A DNA stretch of 64,000 nucleotides, taken from Macrostomum lignano (lineage: Eukaryota). The position numbers and the translations under genes are program-made. The DNA lies in the NCBI GenBank assembly GCA_002269645.1, contig NIVC01001018.1, positions 62,001 through 126,000 of the forward strand. Direction: 5' to 3'. Under the pieces are notes generated by a model. That model had not been told where the DNA came from and made no database searches. It saw only the letters and a list, made by a program, of their open reading frames with translations. Below are positions 56,601 through 64,000 of the stretch, in pieces (within the stretch, counting starts at the first letter, position 1; every line of letters begins with the position of its first letter).

Positions 56601-59302
56601 TTGCTGCCGCTGTTGCTGATGCAGGCGTTGACGATAGCGAAGATGTCGGCGGCGGCGTCGGCAGTCAGCGGCGTCAGCGACATCAGCAGGTGACTCGGCG
56701 GCAGCGCCTGGCGCATCAGCACACGGTGCCGCTCCGGGTGGCCATCGAGGAGGCCAAGCGGCTTTGTCCGGTGCCAGACGCCGCCACTGGAGAGGAGCGA
56801 CTGCCGCCCAGCGCATACGTTACTGTGAGACTCCTTGGATTGTTCTCTCAAACTTTAGAATCTTCCTTCTGTCCTTTAAGGATCTCCCTCGAACTTGCCG
56901 AGAATCTCTCTCGAACTTGCCGAGAATCTCTCTCGAACTTGCCGAGAATCTCTCTCGAACTTGCCGAGAATTTCTCTCGAACTTGCCAAGAATCTCTCTC
57001 GAACTTGCCGAGAATCTCTCTCGAACTTGCCGAGAATCTCTCTCGAACTTGCCGAGAATCTCTCTCGAACTTGCCGAGAATCTCTCTCGAACTTGCCGAG
57101 AATCTCCCTCGAACTTGCCGAGAATCTCTCTCGAACTTGCCGAGAATCTCTCTCGAACTTGCCGAGAATCTCTCTCGAACTTGCCGAGAATCTCTCTCGA
57201 ACTTGCCGAGAATCTCTCTCGAACTTGCCGAGAATCTCTCTCGAACTTGCCGAGAATCTCTCTCAAACTTGCCGAGAATCTCCCTCGAACTTGCCGAGAA
57301 TCTCTCTCGAACTTGCCGAGAATCTCTCTCGAACTTGCCGAGAATCTCTCTCAAACTTTAGAATCTTCCTTCTGTCCTTTAAGGATCTCCCTCGAACTTG
57401 CCGAGAATCTCTCTCGAACTTGCCGAGAATCTCTCTCGAACTTGCCGAGAATCTCTCTCGAACTTGCCGAGAATCTCTCTCGAACTTGCCGAGAATCTCT
57501 CTCGAACTCGCCGAGAATCTCCCTCAGACTTCCAGAGGATCTCTTTGAACTTATATTCTCCTTCGACCTTTTGAATTACAACCAGGAGTCTTAAGCGCAG
57601 AAGATTCTACTAGGCTTTTCTCAATCGCTCAAAAGACTGCGTAAAAGAACAGAGAGAAATTCTAATTTTTTTTCAGGTACAACCTGCCGACCGATCTAAG
57701 CCGCTAGCCACTGATGTGAAGGCGGCAACTAACAATCCAGCTTGGGGTTTTGTTGCCGAGGCCCGTTTCGACAAAAGCCTGTTCGCTTATCCCGATAGAG
57801 GCTGTCTGCTGACATTTAAGGTAACATTAATTAGGATTACTAATTTGTACTACTAACTGTTGAATTTTAGTTAGTAACTACCGAAAGTGTGGGATTTTAG
57901 TTTAGTTTAGTCGCTACTGGGAGTGTGGGATTTTAGTTTAGTTTCGTCGCTACCGGGAGTGTGGGATTTTAGTTTAGTTTAGTCGCTACCGGGAGTGTGG
58001 GATTTTAGTTTAGTTTCGTCGCTACCGGGAGTGTGGGATTTTAGTTTAGTTTCGTCGCTACCGGGAGTGTGGGATTTTAGTTTAGTTTAGTAGCTACCGG
58101 GAGTGTGGGAGTTTAGTTTAGTAGCTACCGGGAGTGTGGGATTTTAGTTTAGTTTAGTAGCTACCGGGAGTGTGGGATTTTTGTTAGTTTAGTAGCTACC
58201 GGAAGTGTGGGATTTTAGTTTAAGTTTAGTAGAGTGTAAGACTGGGATTTAATTCCAGCTTGCTATACACTCTTATTCCTGTCCAGGTGTGGCACAGCTA
58301 CGGAGATGCGGTCGAGAACGATCGCTTGATTGGCACAGCCTCAGTAGACCTGTCGCCGTTGCTATTCGGTTTCAAGCAGGTGTTAGGCTGGTACGATGTG
58401 CAGGATTACCGGGAGCGCTGCCGCGGGCATCTGTACGTTGGCATTACACCTCTGGAGCCGCTGACTGGCTTGGCTAAACAATCGACAGCGCCGATATTGG
58501 CTTCTACCGCGTCGACTGGTTCGTTTAGCGACATCGGCCGGCGTCAAGCGACAACGGCGCCGATAGGTTCGGCTATCGTTATTGACGACGGAGCAGCGGC
58601 AGCGCCTGACGGAGGAACGTCGCGTTCGATGCTACATCGTAGCCTGCAGCACCAGATGGCCGAGTTGGACAATCTCACTACTAGACTGCGGCGTCGGCTG
58701 TTGAATCCGAACGCTGACAACGGCGACGACGATAGCCATGTTGATGATAGCGGCGGCGCTAGCGTCGGTTCTAACAACTCTGCGCCGCTGGTCAGGTCGC
58801 CGCCTTTGCCTCCTGCTCCGCCGCCTCCGGCTGCTCGAGTTCAGGCGAGCGTCACTAACAGCGGCGGAGATGGCGGCAACAGTAGCAGTAATCCGTACGG
58901 ACTGGATTTCGATATCCGTTCGGTAAGTTTTATTACTTTGTGGAAAGTAGTTGTGTGAAGGTATAAAGCAAGGACTGCTCAAGTAGAAGGACTGGAAACC
59001 TTGTTTCTTGGAAAGTTTTACGAGCTAGGTTTTCGAAACGAAAAGCTTTATGAATATCGATAGAGCTATAAGAAAGGCACAACATATCAAAGGATAAACA
59101 TTGAGTCTGCTTCCTATCGAAAGTAATAATAATTTTTGTGCTGAAAAAATGAAAACTTTCAATCTCCGCAGTGTATTTTTTTTCGGGAAAACCAGCTTGC
59201 TACAATTTTTCAAGAAATGAGGTTTCCCATCCCTCTACTTAAGTAGTCCTTGGTATAAAGTTGATTGATTAATGTAGCTGTACATCCTACTACACTACTA
59301 TA

Positions 59303-59338
<36 letters not shown>

Positions 59339-59339
59339 G

Positions 59340-59438
<99 letters not shown>

Positions 59439-61120
59439 ACAATAACAGTATACCTATACTTTCCAGGTGCTGGATCAGGCCAGGAAGCTATTAGAATCGC
59501 CAGAACAAGAAGTTACTGAAGCAACATCTAGCGGCGGTTTCGCCAGTCAGCAACAGCAGCAGCAGAATCAGCAGCGAGCCGGCAGAGATCAAAGCCATCG
59601 TTCTACAGTAGAGAAATCTGCCAGCTCTACTGGCAAAGATTTGTCAGGCGCCGCCTACGACTACGACTACGATTTTGACGACGACGAAGATGGCGAAGGC
59701 GAAGGCTTGGTGCCGGTGAAGCCGTTGAACGACATCTCCGGTATGCTGGCGGCGATGCAACCGCACGTTGGCAAGAGTCCAACTGCTGAGGAAGAGGAAC
59801 GGGAAGGTTCGCCGGTAGATCGGGATCGCAATGATGATGATGATGCTGAGAATGATGATGAAGACAACGAAGGAGTTCGAACTCCGGTGAACTCGAAAAC
59901 AACAGACGATGGCGAGGACGAAGAAGTGAGCGAGATTATTGAAGAATTGCCGCCAGCTGAGAACAACGAAGCTGAGTATGACGATGACCAGCGAACTGAT
60001 TCGATTGTCCGCGCCAACGAGAGCCCGTCTCAGTTGGATGAGAATGAGGCTGAAGCTGAGGATGATGATGAAGACGCAGTTTCGGCATCGCCTCCGCCAG
60101 TGGCCAGCGTGCCGCAGTCGGCCAGAAGCGAGAATCTGGCCGCCAGGCGGGCAGTGGACATCCGTCTGGGCCAGCAGACTGTTGATCTGGAGACCGGTGA
60201 GCCGCCTCTGTCTAATAGCGCCGACTGCCTGTTGCCGAGCTTCTTCGGACCGCCTAGCGATCTGCTGTCTAGACTGCGCCACTCCAGGATGGTCGCCGAG
60301 AATGCCGGGGTGAGCTTGGGCCCCTATCACAGATAGAGTCAGTGCTGTCTTGGCCACTGTCACAGATAGAGTCAGTGCTGTCTTGGCCACTGTCACAGAT
60401 AGAGTCAGTGCTGTCTTGGCCACTGTCACAGATAGAGTCAGTGCTGTCTTGGCCACTGTCACAGATAGAGTCAGTGCTGTCTTGGCCACTGTCACAGATA
60501 GAGTCAGTGCTGTCTTGGCCACTGTCACAGATAGAGTCAGTGCTGTCTTGGCCACTGTCACAGATAGAGTCAGTGCTGTCTTGGTCACTGTCACATATAG
60601 AGTCAGTGCTGTCTTGGCCACTGTCACAGATAGAGTCAGTGCTGTCTTGGCCACTGTCACAGATAGAGTCAGTGCTGTCTTGGTCACTGTCACATATAGA
60701 GTCAGTGCTGTCTTGGCCACTGTCACATATAGAGTCAGTGCTGTCTTGGTCACTGTCACATATAGAGTCAGTGCTGTCTTGGTCACTGTCACATATAGAG
60801 TCAGTGCTGTCTTGGCCACTGTCACATATAGAGTCAGTGCTGTCTTGGTCGCTATCTTAGTTATTTACCTTAGTAACCAGCAGCCATTCTCCCAATCATC
60901 CCCACTGCAGCACGAGGCAGCTGCCTCCGCAGCCGCAGCCGCCGGTCCAACAGTTGACCCGGCAAAAGTTGCCGAAGCCCGTCAGCTGGTGGAACGAGTC
61001 GAACAGCGTCGACGAAACCGGCTGTTTCAGGTGGCGGAGGCTGCGGCTGTTGATGATGCGGAACGGGCAGCTTCCACCAGCCGGTTGGCCAGGGTGTTCA
61101 ATGCCAAATTCGCTCATTAA
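49874..61120 (+). CDS. C2CD3: C2 domain-containing protein 3 orthologue (centriole elongation/ciliogenesis), 9 exons, ~2190 aa after one frameshift correction
   Basis: Exons 49874-51529, 52565-53508 (frameshift at the G4 run 53387-53390), 53694-54457, 55043-55652, 56078-56824, 57677-57820, 58287-58922, 59467-60309, 60881-61120; all GT-AG and phase-compatible. Signature blocks match vertebrate C2CD3 as I recall it: LERLRQNYAIVEVW..VKLPLHQFYLAYKD...QYPVVGADGW...LRVLLAMGS; EHCFEV..GEVDCFIQYYFP; IGTASVDLSPLLFGFKQVLGWY; C-terminal RLARVF. Confidence 0.93.
51547..52515. repeat. (GACT)n/(CACT)n array, C2CD3 intron 1
   Basis: Direct. Confidence 0.95.
52565..53508 (+). CDS. C2CD3: C2CD3 exon 2 (C2 domain; apparent 1-nt deletion at 53387-53390)
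   Basis: Acceptor actcag|gaa and donor gtg|gtgagt. Confidence 0.88.
53545..53685. repeat. (TATC)n array, C2CD3 intron 2
   Basis: Direct. Confidence 0.95.
53694..54457 (+). CDS. C2CD3: C2CD3 exon 3
   Basis: Acceptor tttcag|acg (TEHCFEVC); donor ag|gtgtgt, phase 2. Confidence 0.9.
54590..54835. repeat. 20-bp minisatellite (TGTAGAATCGCATTTCTACC), C2CD3 intron 3
   Basis: Direct. Confidence 0.93.
55043..55652 (+). CDS. C2CD3: C2CD3 exon 4
   Basis: Acceptor ccgcag|a tac tgg, phase 2; donor cag|gttagt. Confidence 0.88.
55725..55900. repeat. ~41-bp degenerate minisatellite, C2CD3 intron 4
   Basis: gttgctaggg..ctgaggctgatggggcatcaagtgtag recurs ~4 times. Confidence 0.85.
56078..56824 (+). CDS. 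C2CD3: C2CD3 exon 5
   Basis: Acceptor ctaaag|gta; donor act|gtgaga. Confidence 0.85.
56845..57520. repeat. 22-bp minisatellite (CTCTCTCGAACTTGCCGAGAAT) with ~506-bp higher-order unit, C2CD3 intron 5
   Basis: 22-nt period; the spacer aaactttagaatcttccttctgtcctttaagg occurs at ~56850 and ~57355. Confidence 0.95.
57677..57820 (+). CDS. C2CD3: C2CD3 exon 6 (not in the ORF track)
   Basis: ttttcag|...aag|gtaaca; 48 codons VQPADRSKPLATDVKAATNNPAWGFVAEARFDKSLFAYPDRGCLLTFK, continuing into VWH of exon 7. Confidence 0.9.
57880..58225. repeat. ~36-bp minisatellite (GGGAGTGTGGGATTTTAGTTTAGTTTAGTCGCTACC), C2CD3 intron 6
   Basis: Direct. Confidence 0.93.
58287..58922 (+). CDS. C2CD3: C2CD3 exon 7
   Basis: gtccag|gtg tgg cac; donor tcg|gtaagt. 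Confidence 0.9.
59293..59440. repeat. (TAC)n microsatellite, C2CD3 intron 7
   Basis: Direct; ends TACTAAC. Confidence 0.95.
59467..60309 (+). CDS. C2CD3: C2CD3 exon 8 (acidic low-complexity)
   Basis: ttccag|gtg; donor ggg|gtgagc. Confidence 0.85.
60325..60850. repeat. 33-bp minisatellite (GAGTCAGTGCTGTCTTGGCCACTGTCACAGATA), C2CD3 intron 8
   Basis: Direct; it explains ORFs 60342, 60350 and 59644. Confidence 0.97.
60881..61120 (+). CDS. C2CD3: C2CD3 terminal exon
   Basis: taaccag|cag (or the next CAG); ends TSRLARVFNAKFAH*. Confidence 0.82.
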   Translation, partial: QPFSQSSPLQHEAAASAAAAAGPTVDPAKVAEARQLVERVEQRRRNRLFQVAEAAAVDDAERAASTSRLARVFNAKFAH

Positions 61121-61809
61121 TGATGGACGTGGTTCATGCTATAATCGTTTATTGAATTATGTATCACCGTTCTGTGCAGATGTTTTAAACCATACATTTA
61201 TTGCTGTTAGAGATTTTTCCGTCCTTTATTATAAATCATTTCATTCACTGTACCCGTATCACTGTCGTTTTGTTTAATGATTCTTGTAAAATATTGTTTT
61301 ACAAGTAAGCACATATAGCTTAGTAGTGTTTATAATCATATAGGGTAATAATGTATGTCCTGGTGGCAACAAATGTACATGCGGAATCATTGCTCATTGT
61401 TTTATATTGACTTATGTCTGACTCAACATTCGATAAATATAAAAAATGATAACAATTTTTTTCCACTTTGCGCTCTTCCGCACTCGCGTGTTTCTACTTA
61501 CAGTAAGTAGTGTGTATAGAGTAATGAAACCTTTCTCTACTGTATTTTTGTAGCTCTACGCTATTTTTTCTAATTATCTTTGCCAAGCAGGTCTGCATTA
61601 AATTCTCTTTTTTCTTATCTTATTTTATAGCTTATATAAGCTTAGTTAACAGGCATATAAAATTTTCTTTTTACTGTATTTACTTAACGAGAGCCCTGTG
61701 TAGTCGGCTGGAACCGCACTACTGTTGAGTTTGTCAACTTGTGTACAACTGTTTTTTTGTGACAAGAAGCAGTATTTGGCCAATCCGACCACACGTTGTT
61801 CACTCTGAC

Positions 61810-62880
61810 CCCATCTCACCAGATCCCTCCTGACTCATTCCTATCTGACCAGATCCCATCTGACTCATTCCTATCTGATCAGATCCCTCCTAACTCATTC
61901 CTATCTGACCAGATCCCATCTGACTCATTCCTATCTGATCAGATCCCTCCTGACTCATTCCTATCTGACCTGATCCCTCCTGACTCATTCCTATCTGACC
62001 TGATCCCTCCTGACTCATTCCTATCTGACCTGATCCCTCCTGACTCATTCCTATCTGACCAGATCCCACCTGACTGATTCCTATCTGTCCAGATCCCTCC
62101 TGACTCATTCCTATCTGACTTGATCCCTCCTGACTCATTCCTATCTGACCAGATCCCTCCTGACTCATTCCTATCTGACTTGATCCCTCCTGACTCATTC
62201 CTATCTGACCAGATCCCACCTGACTGATTCCTATCTGTCCAGATCCCTCCTGACTCATTCCTATCTGACTTGATCCCTCCTGACTCATTCCTATCTGACC
62301 AGATCCCACTTGACTGATTCCAATCTGTCCAGATCCCTCCTGACTCATTCCTATCTGACTTGATCCCACCTGACTGATTCCTATCTGTCCAGATCCCTCC
62401 TGACTCATTCCTATCTGACTTGATCCCTCCTGACTCATTCCTATCTGACCAGATCCCATCTCCTATCTGACCAGATCCCACCTGACTGATTCCTATCTGA
62501 CCAGATCCCTCCTGACTCATTCCTATCTGACCAGATCCCATCTGACTCATTCCTATCTGAACAGATCCCATCTGACTCATTCCTATCTGATCAGATCCCT
62601 CCTGACTCATTCCTATCTGACCAGATCCCATCTGACTCAATTCTATGTGACCAGATCCCTTCTGACTTATTTCTTTCTGATCAGATCCCACATGACTCAT
62701 TCCTGACTAATCTCTCTTGACTCGTTCCTATCTGACCAGATCCCTCCTGACTCATTCCTATCTGACCAGATCCCATCTAACTCATTCCTATATGACCAAA
62801 TCCCTCCTGACTCATTCCTGTCTTACTAGATCCTTCTTGACCCATTCCCATCTGATCAGATCCCATTTGACCTACTCGTA
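61810..62880. repeat. 30-bp minisatellite (TGACTCATTCCTATCTGACCAGATCCCTCC)
   Basis: 30-nt period; about 24 units carry TGACTCA. Confidence 0.95.
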
Positions 62881-63280
62881 CTACCCCAGGTACATGATGC
62901 CATTGTTCTGTGCTATTTTTATGAATATCTGAAACGGTACATCAGTAAGTTACGAGTATACCATATTCTGCTTTAGCATAACTAGAAATGCCCGTCCAAC
63001 GCACAGGATGCTTAGTGGAGCTGCGCATTCTTAAAAATCTCCTTATTTATTATTTTTCCATTTTTCTGATTTTATAATTTTTCTGTCCATGTCAAGTGTA
63101 ATAGCAAGTAAAACATTAATAAGGAGCTGGCTGCCGCGGGCTGTGTGGTCCTGTCACTGGGCACACAAATTGACTAATTTTTTTTTTCTGTTGCTTGCTG
63201 CCCTCGGTTAATCTTTTAGGATTTTTATAATTTAAAATCAAATCAGAGAAAATCTGTCTGTGTTTTATTGTCTTTGTTCA

Positions 63281-64000
63281 CTCGGACAGGCTGTTCCCCA
63301 TCTTAATTCCCCTGTGATGAGTATCCCTACTCGGACAGGCTGTTCCCCATCTTAATTCCCCTGTGATAAGTATCCCTACTCGGACAGGCTGTTACCCACC
63401 TTAATTCCCCTGTGATGAGTATCCCTACCCGGACAGGCTGTTCCCCATCTTAATTCCCCTGTGATGAGTATCCCTACTCGGACAGGCTGTTCCCCATCTT
63501 AATTCCCCTGTGATGAGTATCCCTACTCGGACAGGCTGTTCCCCATCTTAATTCCCCTGTGATGAGTATCCCTACTCGGACAGGCTGTTCCCCATCTTAA
63601 TTCCCCTGTGATGAGTATCCCTACTCGGACAGGCTGTTCCCCATCTTAATTCCCCTGTGATGAGTATCCCTACTCGGACAGGCTGTTCCCCATCTTAATT
63701 CCCCTGTGATGAGAGTATTCCTACTCGGACAGGCTGTTCCCCACCTTAATTCCCCTGTGATGTGAGTATCCCTACTCGGACAGGCTGTTCCCCACCTTAA
63801 TTCCCCTGTGATGAGAGTATTCCTACTCGGACAGGCTGTTCCCCATCTTAATTCCCCTGTGATGAGAGTATTCCTACTCGGACAGGCTGTTCCCCACCTT
63901 AATTCCCCTGTGATGTGAGTATCCCTACCCGGACAGGCTGTTACCCACCTTAATTTCCCTGTGATGTGAGTATCCCTACCCGGACAGGCTGTTACCCATC
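63281..64000. repeat. 49-51-bp minisatellite running off the window end
   Basis: Unit CTCGGACAGGCTGTTCCCCATCTTAATTCCCCTGTGATGAGTATCCCTA. Confidence 0.97.

Noticed and set aside
63281-64000. Regularly spaced 49-bp units (also the 33-bp arrays at 7909 and 60325) as CRISPR arrays
   Set aside because: The units are contiguous with no unique spacers, there are no cas genes, and the context is eukaryotic introns and intergenic DNA.

Overview
Eukaryotic (metazoan) genomic DNA. GC-rich, low-complexity exons sit in AT-rich, tandem-repeat-saturated non-coding DNA; this style suggests a flatworm such as Macrostomum (inference, not verified). The window holds five host-gene regions. (1) Two adjacent intronless + strand ORFs (2744-4615, 6065-6736) share an unrecognised N-terminal module, and the first also carries a PLAT/LH2 domain. 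(2) Two tentative multi-exon + strand genes of unknown function lie at 7479-8991 and ~9773-13614. (3) A 4-exon class C (mGluR/CaSR-like) GPCR is on the - strand (21988-16166). (4) A 9-exon C2CD3 centriole-elongation orthologue is on the + strand (49874-61120). The GPCR and C2CD3 each need a single-base homopolymer correction to read through. The 25-47 kb interval is a transposon graveyard. It contains mariner and Ty3/Gypsy relics, a young LINE split at its RT core by a truncated Gypsy element (LTR, PBS, gag, -1 frameshift signal, protease), several TIR elements with clear target-site duplications, and a head-to-tail Helitron dimer with two nested insertions. Almost every intron contains its own mini- or microsatellite. 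Three of these arrays end in a CTAAC branch-point variant, and two intergenic arrays are homotypic clusters of E-box or AP-1 motifs. No CRISPR, rRNA or tRNA genes were seen.
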